NCBI GenBank assembly: GCA_045536565.1
Contig: JAZSNU010000014.1
Span: forward strand, 1-36,276
DNA: 36,276 nt
Direction: 5' to 3'
Source: Clostridia bacterium
Lineage (GTDB): Bacteria > Bacillota > Clostridia > TANB77 > CAG-465
Below are positions 1-10,050 of this stretch, piece after piece; the first letter of the stretch is position 1; each line of letters begins with the position of its first letter. A program made the position numbers and the translations under genes. The notes beneath the pieces are model-generated. The model was not told the origin of the DNA, searched no databases, and saw only the letters and a program-made list of their open reading frames with translations.

Positions 1-13
1 CAGGTGGACAAAT

Positions 14-50
14 AAAAAGAATCTATTCCTTGTGGATAGGTTCTTTTTTT
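14..50 (+). terminator. Intrinsic terminator of an upstream gene
   Basis: Stem AAGAATCTATTC / GGATAGGTTCTT (with G-U pairs) followed by a T run. Confidence 0.7.
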
Positions 51-80
51 ATTGACAATTTACATAATTATGATATAATA
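51..80 (+). repeat. 30-bp exact direct repeat, copy 1 (copy 2 at 2794-2823)
   Basis: ATTGACAATTTACATAATTATGATATAATA is identical at both positions. Confidence 0.95.
52..79 (+). promoter_or_regulatory. Sigma-A promoter with extended -10
   Basis: TTGACA-16 bp-TATAAT with TG at the extended position; RBS AAGGAG before ATG 130. Confidence 0.75.
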
Positions 81-129
81 TATTGGAATTTAAAATAAGT
101 CTAATCAAGATTTTGAAAGGAGAATTTAT

Positions 130-1197
130 ATGAAAGTTATAACAAGAAAAATATTAACTACGTGTGGTTTAGAAACAAAAAAAGAGTTTACACATTCTTT
201 GGAAACAACTCCTATGATTGCATTATGGAATGACAATTTAATTTGTTGGTATGAAAAAAGAAAATGCACTAAGCACAATGAAATACGTGGTAAAGTTTTA
301 TCATGTAAAAGAACATTCATTATTGAAAAAGACGGAAAAAAAGGAGTGTACTCGTTAGATGGAGTAGAAATAATTCCATTTGATAACTACGATTATATTA
401 CAGAATATTGCTATGCTCTTAAGGTAAGCAAAAATGATTTAGTTGGTGCTTATTCTTATGCTGGAAAAGAACTACTACCAATTAGTTATCCTAATCTTAT
501 TATTGACAAATATGGGATATCATCTACAATTGATGGTGGAATAAGGGAAGGACTATATTCATATAACCGTGAAGTAGTAGTTCCAAAAGAATATAAGATT
601 CAGTATATTGATAAAGATATAATAATATGTTCAACTGATGATGCGGAAAGAGAAGATGTATATGGTATGTATTCACATGATGGTCAAGTGTTGATACCAT
701 TTGAATATGATGACATAGCACAGTATAACAAATGTGTAATTGCAGAAAAAGATGGTAAATGGGGGATGCTATCTAATATAGGTGATGTTTTAATTCCATT
801 TGAGTATTGGGATATTGATGTGATAGATGAAAAAGAGCAAGACTATTTTATAGTTACCAAATATCCTGATTATAAAAAAGGTTTATATAAGTACAACGGA
901 AAGGAAATATTACCTCCTGTCTACGATGAAATTTTGGATGAGCAAGAATTTGTTATAACAAAAAAGGATGGATATTATGGACTATATACAACAAGTGGCT
1001 TAGAATTATTAAAACCAATATATAACAATATACACTGTGATAAGAAGGATATTTTTATAGCTAAAATGTCAGGTACTGATAGTTTTCATTATATTGCGTC
1101 ACTAAATATGAAAATATATGCAAATCAAGTTAGTTGTATAGGCAATGACTATGTACAACAAAACGAAGGCGTATGGACAATTATCGAAAAATATTAA
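130..1197 (+). CDS. WG-repeat-like (beta-repeat) protein, 355 aa
   Basis: Repeated units such as KKGVYSLDGVEIIPFDNYDYI, KWGMLSNIGDVLIPFEYWDI, KKGLYKYNGKEILPPVYDEI; no signal peptide seen. Confidence 0.75.
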   Translation: MKVITRKILTTCGLETKKEFTHSLETTPMIALWNDNLICWYEKRKCTKHNEIRGKVLSCKRTFIIEKDGKKGVYSLDGVEIIPFDNYDYITEYCYALKVSKNDLVGAYSYAGKELLPISYPNLIIDKYGISSTIDGGIREGLYSYNREVVVPKEYKIQYIDKDIIICSTDDAEREDVYGMYSHDGQVLIPFEYDDIAQYNKCVIAEKDGKWGMLSNIGDVLIPFEYWDIDVIDEKEQDYFIVTKYPDYKKGLYKYNGKEILPPVYDEILDEQEFVITKKDGYYGLYTTSGLELLKPIYNNIHCDKKDIFIAKMSGTDSFHYIASLNMKIYANQVSCIGNDYVQQNEGVWTIIEKY

Positions 1198-1215
1198 AGA
1201 AAGGATGAAATAAAT

Positions 1216-1584
1216 ATGGCTGAAACATTTCTTCTTGAAAAAAATTATGTTATTGCAACTATAATGTGTTTTAAGAATGAGAAACTTGGAGAGGATTTTG
1301 TAACACAGAGTGAATTAAATTATGTTACAAATGAAATGCAAAAGCGGTTTAACAAAGAAAATGTAAATGCATGTATAACTTCTGCTATTTGGTGTGATCA
1401 TTTTAAGTTAGAGGGAGTTATTTTAAAAAAAATATCAATGCAATTTGTTGAAGAATTTTATAAAGCACACGCACCAATCGATATCTTAAAAGTTGTTTGG
1501 GACCATAAATTCATTGCAGAAAAACTATATGAACTAAAAAAAGAGGAGCTTGAAGCTCTTGAAAAAATTAAAACTAATCAATAA
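1216..1584 (+). CDS. Hypothetical protein, 122 aa
   Basis: ORF with AAGGA RBS, co-oriented between two WG-repeat genes. Confidence 0.7.
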   Translation: MAETFLLEKNYVIATIMCFKNEKLGEDFVTQSELNYVTNEMQKRFNKENVNACITSAIWCDHFKLEGVILKKISMQFVEEFYKAHAPIDILKVVWDHKFIAEKLYELKKEELEALEKIKTNQ

Positions 1585-1604
1585 TTTGTGAGGAGAATAA
1601 AAGT

Positions 1605-2741
1605 ATGAATATGAACTATTTAGGTATTAAAACTAAAATTGCACTTACAATGAACGAGGAAGAAATAACTGATTATATCTTTGATCATGTAAAAGAGACT
1701 AAAAACTCTATTGCGTTATGGAATGATGATACTATCGAGTGGTATGATAAGAAAACCTGTAAACTCACAAAACAAATAAAAGGAGTTTCGAAAATTGTAC
1801 TAAACCATGACCTCTTTATATTTACTTATGACAAATATAAAGGGGCAAATGACTTAGACGGAAAGACCATTATTTTATCAGATAAGTATACAGAAATTAT
1901 TCCAAATGATTATTGCATCGAGGTAAGAACAGAAGATGAAAAATGTGGTGCTTTTAGTTATGACGGTAAATGTATTATGCCTGTAAATTGCGGAAGTATT
2001 ATATTCCTCGAAAGTGGTATGACTGTAACACCCCCAGATGATTCTTTTAAGTATTATGGACTATATCCATATGATGGAACGGGCGCTATAATTTCTAACA
2101 AACATAGATATACACATCATTACAACAAAGATGTAATTATATATCAAGACCCTTCTGCTGATCCTGATAATTGCAAGTCGTTTATCATTTTTTCTCATAA
2201 TGGTGAAACTCGTGGTAGATTTAAAACTGATGATTATGGACGTTTTTATCTTTTTGACAATGCTATTAAGATAGATAATAATGGTAAAAAAGGACTTGTT
2301 TCACTTGATGGAAAAGTAATTGTACCATCTGAATTTGACTTTATTACTGAAAATGGTGAGAAAGAAAATCTGAGATATATCTTAGATAAAGGTGATAAGG
2401 CTGGAATTGCAACAATAGAAAAAGGAATTACAGTACCTGTTGAATTTGATGAAAAAATAGTTTTCTATGATAGACATCTTGTAGTAAAAAAGGATAACAA
2501 GTTCGCTTTGTACTCATATGACGGAGAAGAACTAATTCCTCTTGACCATCATACAATTACAGAGACTATATTTGAGGTGCCAGGTGTTTTTGAAGTAACC
2601 AATAACTTTGATAAGAAAGACAAACTGATATATATAGCACCGCTAAATAAATATATAGAACCTTGTCATATAAGGCGTGATAGAAAAACAGGAGAGTATT
2701 ACTATTTTGATACCAGTTTAGGTGACTATGTAAAAATGTAA
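1605..2741 (+). CDS. WG-repeat-like protein, 378 aa, paralogue of 130-1197
   Basis: Shared N-terminal IALWND..I.WY.K..C block; repeats KKGLVSLDGKVIVPSEFDFI, KFALYSYDGEELIP; GAGGAG RBS. Confidence 0.75.
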   Translation: MNMNYLGIKTKIALTMNEEEITDYIFDHVKETKNSIALWNDDTIEWYDKKTCKLTKQIKGVSKIVLNHDLFIFTYDKYKGANDLDGKTIILSDKYTEIIPNDYCIEVRTEDEKCGAFSYDGKCIMPVNCGSIIFLESGMTVTPPDDSFKYYGLYPYDGTGAIISNKHRYTHHYNKDVIIYQDPSADPDNCKSFIIFSHNGETRGRFKTDDYGRFYLFDNAIKIDNNGKKGLVSLDGKVIVPSEFDFITENGEKENLRYILDKGDKAGIATIEKGITVPVEFDEKIVFYDRHLVVKKDNKFALYSYDGEELIPLDHHTITETIFEVPGVFEVTNNFDKKDKLIYIAPLNKYIEPCHIRRDRKTGEYYYFDTSLGDYVKM

Positions 2742-2748
2742 TTATATT

Positions 2749-2778
2749 GGACGTTGTAAAATTTACAGCGTCCTTTTT
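2749..2778 (+). terminator. Intrinsic terminator
   Basis: GGACGTTGTAAA / TTTACAGCGTCC stem plus T run. Confidence 0.75.
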
Positions 2779-2794
2779 ATATTATGCTATTTCA

Positions 2795-2822
2795 TTGACA
2801 ATTTACATAATTATGATATAAT
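2795..2822 (+). promoter_or_regulatory. Sigma-A promoter with extended -10, identical to 52-79
   Basis: TTGACA-16 bp-TATAAT, TG extended. Confidence 0.75.
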
Positions 2823-2877
2823 AATATAAATTTAAAATATAATTTTATCAATAATTTGAATAGAAAGGAGTAATTAA

Positions 2878-3492
2878 ATGAATAAACTAAATGGAATTGT
2901 AGAGCGGTTTGCTTTATATAAGGACGGAGAAAAAATAACAGATTTTGAATACGAAGAGGTAAAAGAAAAAAACGGTGTATATATCTTATGGAATAAAAAA
3001 CAAGTTGTTGTATATGATAAAGAAACTATGACAAAAAAACTTGAAATTAATGATAACATACTTTGTTTATTTTTCAAAAAAGACTATTTTATTGTTCGTA
3101 TAAATGATGGCAAAGATTGGGATTCAAAAGTACTCACAAATGCGGCATATAGTTATGATGGTAAAGTTTTAATCGAGCCATATAAATATACCGACGTTCG
3201 TTCCTATGAAAAAGTTATTGTAGTATATTCTAAACCCAGATATCATGAGCTGTTTTTATATGACTTAGATGGTAATCCACTTATAACACCTGTATGCTCG
3301 TTCGAAAATGTTTTACCTGATAGAAAGGGTGTTATCGTAACAAAAAATGGTAAGGTCGGTATGTATTCATATAAAGGAGAATTATTAGTACCTATTGAAT
3401 ATGGAAAATATACTGAGGTGTTAAAACTAGTTAAAGATAAAAAAGTCGAAATAATTGATGAGGAATTTTCAGAACACAATGATTGGCTATAA
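2878..3492 (+). CDS. WG-repeat-like protein, 204 aa
   Basis: AAYSYDGKVLIEPYKYTDV, KVGMYSYKGELLVPIEY; AAGGAG RBS. Confidence 0.7.
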   Translation: MNKLNGIVERFALYKDGEKITDFEYEEVKEKNGVYILWNKKQVVVYDKETMTKKLEINDNILCLFFKKDYFIVRINDGKDWDSKVLTNAAYSYDGKVLIEPYKYTDVRSYEKVIVVYSKPRYHELFLYDLDGNPLITPVCSFENVLPDRKGVIVTKNGKVGMYSYKGELLVPIEYGKYTEVLKLVKDKKVEIIDEEFSEHNDWL

Positions 3493-3524
3493 ATTAAAAA
3501 TATATAAATAAAGGAGAATTAATT

Positions 3525-3893
3525 ATGTCAAAGTTTGTAAGAGTGGAAGGTTATACTAGTTTTGAAAAGATAGGAGAGGTTATTAAGAATAATAAGGAAT
3601 GTAATTATTATATTGCACCTAAGCTTATGGACAGTATTTTAAATAGCAATTTACAAACTGGTATTGATTTGAATTTGGAAGTTGTTAAAAAAGATACACT
3701 TAAACAGATGGACTTAGTTGCAATATCTGTGTATAACAAGGTTTTTGAAACAAAAGCATTTAGAATTGAAGTAATAAAATTTAATGGAATGCAACATAAA
3801 GTATTACATGCTATGGAAAATGATTATATTGCATTTGGTCTTGATGAAGATGAGGAACAATTTATGTACTCTGAATTAGAATTTCTTGATTAA
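3525..3893 (+). CDS. Hypothetical protein, 122 aa, tandem paralogue A
   Basis: AAGGAG RBS; shares MSKFV.VE, NYYIAPKLM, VYNKVF.T and FGL.E.E..FM with 3918-4286. Confidence 0.8.
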   Translation: MSKFVRVEGYTSFEKIGEVIKNNKECNYYIAPKLMDSILNSNLQTGIDLNLEVVKKDTLKQMDLVAISVYNKVFETKAFRIEVIKFNGMQHKVLHAMENDYIAFGLDEDEEQFMYSELEFLD

Positions 3894-3917
3894 TATTACA
3901 ATAAGGAGAATTATATC

Positions 3918-4286
3918 ATGTCAAAGTTTGTAAAGGTAGAATGGACTAACGATTTTAGTGAAATAAGAGAATACATTTTAAATAATAAGGGTAATAATTA
4001 TTATATAGCGCCTAAGTTAATGCATATGTTTTTAGCTAGCCTCAGAGTTAATTGTGTAGCAGGTGTACGAGCAGATGATATAAGAATAAGAGAACATCAT
4101 AGAATAGAGTTTACTGCTATGCCAGTATATAACAAGGTATTTCAAACAAATGTATTTAAAGTAGATAGCATTAAAAGGTATGATACGCTTACAAGACTTG
4201 AAAATGAATTTGAGTATAACGATGTTGTATTTGGTCTTGAAGAAGAAGAGAAAAACTTTATGTTATACAAAGTTCTTGGCTATTAG
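3918..4286 (+). CDS. Hypothetical protein, 122 aa, tandem paralogue B
   Basis: AAGGAG RBS; same conserved blocks as 3525-3893. Confidence 0.8.
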   Translation: MSKFVKVEWTNDFSEIREYILNNKGNNYYIAPKLMHMFLASLRVNCVAGVRADDIRIREHHRIEFTAMPVYNKVFQTNVFKVDSIKRYDTLTRLENEFEYNDVVFGLEEEEKNFMLYKVLGY

Positions 4287-4300
4287 CAGAGGTGATTAAC

Positions 4301-4465
4301 ATGAATAAATATTTAACAAGGGAAGAGAAAAAAGAGCTTGCCATGCAAGGTAAAGATGTTCCATTATGCGTAAGTACAACTTCATACAAAAAGAAAAATT
4401 CATTCATTTGTAAAATAAGAAGTATTTGGGATTCAAGTCTAAAAAACAAGAAAATGAAAATTTAA
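4301..4465 (+). CDS. Small basic hypothetical protein, 54 aa (not in the ORF track)
   Basis: GAGGTG RBS 6 nt before ATG; MNKYLTREEKKELAMQGKDVPLC...; stop immediately before a terminator. Confidence 0.55.
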   Translation: MNKYLTREEKKELAMQGKDVPLCVSTTSYKKKNSFICKIRSIWDSSLKNKKMKI

Positions 4466-4472
4466 ACTATTT

Positions 4473-4508
4473 AAAGTATTGCAATTAATTTTGCAATACT
4501 TTTCTTTT
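4473..4508 (+). terminator. Intrinsic terminator closing the accessory block
   Basis: AAAGTATTGCAA / TTGCAATACTTT perfect stem plus T-rich tail. Confidence 0.7.
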
Positions 4509-4519
4509 ACTTAAAATAC

Positions 4520-4548
4520 TTGATTATTGTTTGCATAAAATGTATAAT
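4520..4548 (+). promoter_or_regulatory. Sigma-A promoter of the rlmN operon
   Basis: TTGATT-17 bp-TATAAT. Confidence 0.55.
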
Positions 4549-4576
4549 ATTTAAGAAGTAAGTAAAGGAAGAAATT

Positions 4577-5611
4577 ATGATAAATATAAATGAGTTAACA
4601 GAGCAAGAACTTTCAGAATATATAGAAAGTTTAGGTGAAAAGAAATTCCACGCAAAACAAATATATAAATGGCTTCATAAGGTTAATATAGAGTCTTTTG
4701 ATGAAATGACAGATATATCTAAAAGCCTAAGAGAAAAGTTAAAAGAAAATACATATATTGATGTATTAGAAATAATAACAGTGCAAAAATCTAAGGACGG
4801 AACACATAAGTTTTTAATCAAATTACATGATAATAACGCAATCGAATCGGTATTTATGAGATACAATCATGGTAATACTTTATGTGTATCTAGTCAAGTT
4901 GGATGTAAAATGGGATGTTCGTTCTGTGCGTCTACAAAAGATAAATTTAGAAGAAGTTTGTTAGCATCAGAAATAGAAGGACAAATAATAGCAGTACAAA
5001 AATATATGAATGAAAAAATATCTAATGTTGTATATATGGGTATAGGAGAGCCATTAGATAATTACGATAATGTTGTAAAATCTATAAAGCAAATAAATAA
5101 TCCAAATGGACTTGGGATAGGCGCCAGACATTTAAGTTTATCTACATCTGGAATAGTGCCAAATATATATAGGTTAGCTGATGAAAAAATACAAGCAACA
5201 CTGTCTATTTCACTTCATGCAGTATCAGATGAAAAAAGGAGAGAAATAATGCCTGTTGCCAAGAAATATTCTTTAACCGAGCTATTAGATGCATGCAGAT
5301 ATTATATAATGCAAACAGGTAGAAGAATAAGTTTCGAGTATGCATTAATTTCAGGAGTAAATGATACAAAAGAGGATGCCATGGCACTTATAAAATTATT
5401 AAGAGGAATGATAGCACATGTAAATCTTATTCCGGTTAATGAAATAAAAGAAAGAGACTATAAAAAGAGCACGGAAAATAACATAGAAAACTTTATGAAT
5501 ACTTTAAATTCAGCAGGTATTGTAACAACAGTAAGAAGAGAACTTGGTAAAGATATAGATGCTGCATGTGGGCAGTTAAGACAAAGATATTTAGATGAAA
5601 TAAATGAGTAA
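4577..5611 (+). CDS. rlmN: 23S rRNA m2A2503 / tRNA methyltransferase (radical SAM)
   Basis: CVSSQVGCKMGCSFCAS CxxxCxxC motif, MGIGEP, C-terminal DIDAACGQL. Confidence 0.96.
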   Translation: MININELTEQELSEYIESLGEKKFHAKQIYKWLHKVNIESFDEMTDISKSLREKLKENTYIDVLEIITVQKSKDGTHKFLIKLHDNNAIESVFMRYNHGNTLCVSSQVGCKMGCSFCASTKDKFRRSLLASEIEGQIIAVQKYMNEKISNVVYMGIGEPLDNYDNVVKSIKQINNPNGLGIGARHLSLSTSGIVPNIYRLADEKIQATLSISLHAVSDEKRREIMPVAKKYSLTELLDACRYYIMQTGRRISFEYALISGVNDTKEDAMALIKLLRGMIAHVNLIPVNEIKERDYKKSTENNIENFMNTLNSAGIVTTVRRELGKDIDAACGQLRQRYLDEINE

Positions 5612-5648
5612 AGTTTGATATATAATATATAGGGAGGTGCATATATTT

Positions 5649-6365
5649 ATGTATTTTGGACTTACCAATGTAGGTAATGTTAGAAAGAGAAATGAAGACT
5701 ATATAGTGCAATATGATTTTAGTGATACAATCCACTTATACATTGTTTTAGACGGTGTTGGAGGTCACAATAGTGGGGATGTTGCAAGTAGAGTAACAGG
5801 ACAAAAAGTATTAGAGTATTTAAAAACTAACATGGATTTAGAAAATATATCTGAAAGCATAATTAAAGAGGCTGTTCAGTATGCAAATAAAGAAATATAT
5901 AATCTAAGTAATGGAAATAGAGATTATAGAGGAATGGGTACAACCATATCATTACTTTTATTAGATGGTAATATGGCATATTTTGTAAGTGTTGGAGATA
6001 GTAGAATATATACTATAAAAGAAGGCTTAGTTCAAATAACAGAGGATGACACATACATTAATGCACTGCTTAAAGATAACATTATAAATAAAGAGGAAGC
6101 AAAAAACCATCCTCAAAAACATATGCTTGTAAATGCAATCGGAATAAGTAAAAATTTAAAATGTTCTGTGTACAAAAAAGAAGTAAAAAAAATGGATAAA
6201 TTTTTGTTATGTACAGATGGACTTACAAACATGCTTGAAGATAAAGAAATTTTTTCAATTATAACTAAGAGCAAAAAAGAGAAGATATGTGAAAGTCTAG
6301 TTTTAATGGCAAACAAAAGAGGGGGAGCAGACAATATATCAGTAATATATGTTGAATGTGAGTAA
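5649..6365 (+). CDS. stp: PP2C-family Ser/Thr phosphatase (Stp1/PrpC)
   Basis: RKRNED, DGVGG, GMGTT, VGDSR, LLCTDGL, GGADNIS; start placed at ATG 5649 after GGAGG. Confidence 0.93.
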   Translation: MYFGLTNVGNVRKRNEDYIVQYDFSDTIHLYIVLDGVGGHNSGDVASRVTGQKVLEYLKTNMDLENISESIIKEAVQYANKEIYNLSNGNRDYRGMGTTISLLLLDGNMAYFVSVGDSRIYTIKEGLVQITEDDTYINALLKDNIINKEEAKNHPQKHMLVNAIGISKNLKCSVYKKEVKKMDKFLLCTDGLTNMLEDKEIFSIITKSKKEKICESLVLMANKRGGADNISVIYVECE

Positions 6366-6390
6366 TTATTAAAAGGAGTGAAACTAAAAA

Positions 6391-8397
6391 ATGAATTTAG
6401 TAGGTAAAGAGTTAGGAAATAGGTATGAACTATTAGAGAAAATTGGTGAAGGCGGAATGGCAACAGTATACAAAGCAAAATGTAGATTATTAAATAGATA
6501 TGTTGCTGTAAAAGTGCTTAAAGAAGAATATGCCAAGGACACATTGTTTGTTAAAAGGTTTAAAATTGAAGCGCAATCTGCTGCAAGCCTTACACATCCT
6601 AGTATAGTATCAGTTTTTGATGTTGGAGAAGATGATGGTGTAAATTATATTGTAATGGAATTATTAGAAAAAGATACATTAAAAGATTATATTGAAAGTA
6701 AAGGTAAATTAACACCTGATGAAACAATAAATCTTTCTATACAAATTGCATCGGCTTTAGAAGCAGCACATAAATCAAAAATAGTACATAGAGATATAAA
6801 ACCACAAAATATAGTACTTGCAAGAAATAACACACAAGCAAAAGTTACTGATTTTGGTATAGCAAAAATGAGTTCGTCTGCAACAATTACAGCACTTGGA
6901 TCAAGTACAATAGGTTCTGTTCATTATTTTTCGCCAGAACACGCAAAAGGCGGATATACTGATGAAAAATCCGACATATATTCACTAGGAATTGTAATGT
7001 ATGAAATGGCAACTGGTGAGCTTCCGTTTAATGCAGAATCGCCGGTATCTGTTGCATTAAAACAAATACAAGAAGAACCAAAAGCACCAAAAGAAGTAAA
7101 TCCTGAAATACCGGTGGCATTAAATAACATTATATTAAAAGCAATGGCTAAAAACACAACTGATAGATACCAAACAGCAACAGAACTAGTAGAAGATTTA
7201 ATGGTTGCAAAAACAAATCCTAATCAGAAGTTTATAAAATCAAGTTCTGATATATCAAGTTCTGCTACACAAGTTATTCCTATTATTGGTATGAAAGATC
7301 TAGAAGAAAGAAAAGATAGAAGTGATAACTCATCAATGCCTTCTCGTAAAGCATCAAGAAGAAATAAAATAGTAGAGGAAAACACAAGTAGTGACATAAA
7401 AGAGGATGTAGAGGAAGAGGATATATTTGCAAGGCCTAAAAAGAAAACAAATAAAAAATTAATGTTTACATTAATTGGAATAGGCGTAGTATGTGTAGGT
7501 ATATTAATTGGCTTAGGTATTAATTTATTAAGTAAATTTAATGATGATAAAAAAGTTACTATAACAGAAGCGCCTGAACTTCTTGGAAAAGTATATGAAG
7601 AAATAAAAGAAGAATATAAAAAGCAAGGCCTTGTAATATCGCTTGAAAAATATGAATATAGCGCTGAATATGAGGATGGACAAATAATGTCACAATCAAT
7701 TGATGCAGGTAAGACATTACCATCTAACAGAATAAGTGTAGTTGTTAGTAAAGGTGCTAAATTAGTTAAGATGATTAATGTAGTCGGAACTGACTATACT
7801 GTTGCAAAATATGATCTAGAAGCATTAGAATTAGTTCCTGAATTTGAATTTAAGACAGATGATAAAGTAGCAGAAAATATTGTTATATCACAGGAAATTG
7901 AGCCAAATACAGAAATAAAAGCAGGAGATAAAGTAAAGATTGTAGTAAGCCAAGGAAATGGTAAAAAGAAAGTTATAGTTCCAAATGTCCTTACTATGAC
8001 TGAAAAAGAAGCAACAACAACTTTGCAAGAATTAAATCTTAAAGTTAATGTTAATTATTCAGAAGATACAAATAAAGCAAATGGTGTCGTTTTATCTCAA
8101 AGCCAAAAACAAAACGCAGAAGTTGAAGAAGGTTCATTGATAGAACTTACTGTTAACAGAATACAAAAATCAAAGGTTGTTCCTATTCCAGTAGCAAGTT
8201 TTGTTGAAGGAGATACGGAAGAAGATGTAACACTAAAAGTTGTTGCTAAGGTTGAAGGTGTCTCAAATACAATATATGAGAAAAAAGTACCACATCCATA
8301 TAACAGTATAGATGTTAGTGTAAATGGATATACAACAGCAACACTTTCTGTTTACATAAATGGAACATTAAAAAATACACAAAACATTACATTTTAA
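6391..8397 (+). CDS. prkC: PASTA-domain Ser/Thr kinase (PrkC/PknB)
   Basis: IGEGGMATVY, HRDIKPQN, DFGIA, TM helix, three PASTA-like repeats; follows stp. Confidence 0.95.
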   Translation: MNLVGKELGNRYELLEKIGEGGMATVYKAKCRLLNRYVAVKVLKEEYAKDTLFVKRFKIEAQSAASLTHPSIVSVFDVGEDDGVNYIVMELLEKDTLKDYIESKGKLTPDETINLSIQIASALEAAHKSKIVHRDIKPQNIVLARNNTQAKVTDFGIAKMSSSATITALGSSTIGSVHYFSPEHAKGGYTDEKSDIYSLGIVMYEMATGELPFNAESPVSVALKQIQEEPKAPKEVNPEIPVALNNIILKAMAKNTTDRYQTATELVEDLMVAKTNPNQKFIKSSSDISSSATQVIPIIGMKDLEERKDRSDNSSMPSRKASRRNKIVEENTSSDIKEDVEEEDIFARPKKKTNKKLMFTLIGIGVVCVGILIGLGINLLSKFNDDKKVTITEAPELLGKVYEEIKEEYKKQGLVISLEKYEYSAEYEDGQIMSQSIDAGKTLPSNRISVVVSKGAKLVKMINVVGTDYTVAKYDLEALELVPEFEFKTDDKVAENIVISQEIEPNTEIKAGDKVKIVVSQGNGKKKVIVPNVLTMTEKEATTTLQELNLKVNVNYSEDTNKANGVVLSQSQKQNAEVEEGSLIELTVNRIQKSKVVPIPVASFVEGDTEEDVTLKVVAKVEGVSNTIYEKKVPHPYNSIDVSVNGYTTATLSVYINGTLKNTQNITF

Positions 8398-8414
8398 CTA
8401 GTGGAGGAAAATAA

Positions 8415-9317
8415 ATGCTTGCAAGAGTAATTGAAATTCTATTAGATACATATAAAGTAAATATATTAAATATTAATAAATATGTGTTTGTAAAAACAAG
8501 AGGAAATGTAAAGAAAAATGGCTCTATTAAAGTTGGAGATATAGTTGAAATTTCTGAGGTTAATAACGAATATATAATTACTAATATTACTAAGAGGAAA
8601 AATGATTATATAAGGCCGCCTGTAACTAACATTGATTATGTCTTTATAGTAATTGCAGGTGGAATCCCTAAACCCGATTACCTGTTACTTGATAAACAAA
8701 TAATAACAGCAATGTTAAATAATTCAATACCAATAATTGTTGTAAATAAGACAGATTTAGAAGAAGCGGAAGAAATATCAAATTATGTACAAAAGGTATA
8801 TGGTAATTTGGGATACAAAATTATTCTTACTAATACAGTAGATGATAATCTTGTTAATAATGATGCTTTTAGAGATTTGCCAGAAGGTAGTTTATGTGCT
8901 TTTTCTGGTAATTCAGGAGTAGGAAAATCTAGTATTATATCAAAATTAAATAATAGCGAGGAAGTTTTACAAACAAGCTCTGTATCTGATAAAACAGGAA
9001 AAGGAAGACATACAACTAAAAAAGTTACAATATATACTACTTTAAATAATGAAAACAAAACAATATATTTTTTGGATACACCAGGTTTTTCAAGTTATGA
9101 TATATACAATATAAAGGCAAAAGAATTAAAAATGTATTATCCAGAATTTAATAAATATACTTGCCAGTATGATGACTGTAATCATATAAACGAACAAGAA
9201 AAATATTGTAGTATAAAAAGAGCAGTTATAGAAGGACTAATTGATAATTTAAGATATGAAAGATATAATAAAATTTTTGAAGAATTAAATCAAAAAGAAA
9301 AGAGAATGTATAAATAA
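8415..9317 (+). CDS. rsgA: Ribosome small subunit-dependent GTPase A
   Basis: NKTD, GNSGVGKS, GRHTT, DTPGF and CxxxxCxHxxxxxxxC zinc site. Confidence 0.95.
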   Translation: MLARVIEILLDTYKVNILNINKYVFVKTRGNVKKNGSIKVGDIVEISEVNNEYIITNITKRKNDYIRPPVTNIDYVFIVIAGGIPKPDYLLLDKQIITAMLNNSIPIIVVNKTDLEEAEEISNYVQKVYGNLGYKIILTNTVDDNLVNNDAFRDLPEGSLCAFSGNSGVGKSSIISKLNNSEEVLQTSSVSDKTGKGRHTTKKVTIYTTLNNENKTIYFLDTPGFSSYDIYNIKAKELKMYYPEFNKYTCQYDDCNHINEQEKYCSIKRAVIEGLIDNLRYERYNKIFEELNQKEKRMYK

Positions 9318-9327
9318 GGAGAAATAT

Positions 9328-9978
9328 ATGAGTAAAATATTACCTTCTTTGTTAGGAATAAAAGATTTAAATGAATTAAAATATTTTCTTAATGAAATAA
9401 AGGATACAAACATAGATGAACTTCATTTTGATATAATGGACGGAGTATTTGTAGAGAATAAATGCGATAATTTAGATGACATTCCATTAGTTAAAGAAAA
9501 TAACCACATTGCAAATGTTCATTTAATGGTAGAAAATCCAGAAGAATATATAGAAAAGGCTGTTAAATTAGGTGCAGATAGTATAACAATTCATTATGAA
9601 ATTAAGAGTTTTGAAGATATGCTTAGTTTACTTCATAAATATAAAAAAGAGACAGATTTTAAAATAGGTGTATCAATTTGCCCACAAACAGATATAAGCG
9701 CTTTAAAATCAATTATAGACCAAATAGATATAGTTTTAGTTATGTCTGTAAATCCTGGTAAAGGCGGACAACCTTTTATGGAAGATAGTTACAACAGAAT
9801 TAATGAGATTAGAAAGTTATCTAGTAACATACGAATTATAGTTGATGGTGGTATAAACGATACTAATATATCAGAAGTTCTAAATAGTGGGGCAGATAGT
9901 GTAGTTGTTGGGAGTTATATCACAAAAGATATTACTATTGTAAAAAATAAAATAAATAACTTAAATTCACTAATATAA
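9328..9978 (+). CDS. rpe: Ribulose-phosphate 3-epimerase
   Basis: HFDIMDGVFV, HLMV, MSVNPGKGGQ, VDGGIN; conserved synteny after rsgA. Confidence 0.95.
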   Translation: MSKILPSLLGIKDLNELKYFLNEIKDTNIDELHFDIMDGVFVENKCDNLDDIPLVKENNHIANVHLMVENPEEYIEKAVKLGADSITIHYEIKSFEDMLSLLHKYKKETDFKIGVSICPQTDISALKSIIDQIDIVLVMSVNPGKGGQPFMEDSYNRINEIRKLSSNIRIIVDGGINDTNISEVLNSGADSVVVGSYITKDITIVKNKINNLNSLI

Positions 9979-10050
9979 TTTAAAAAATATCTTATACTAT
10001 ATGTATCAGATATTTTTCTTTATATAAAACAAGTTTTTTATATTAAAAAC

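Noticed and set aside
130-3492. CRISPR array or diversity-generating retroelement in the repeat-rich block
   Set aside because: Repeats are at the protein level only; no spaced DNA repeats, reverse transcriptase or TR/VR pair were seen
1216-4286. Three ORFs of exactly 369 nt as fixed-size cassettes
   Set aside because: Two are paralogues; the third shows no similarity and there are no shared flanking sites, so this is probably coincidence
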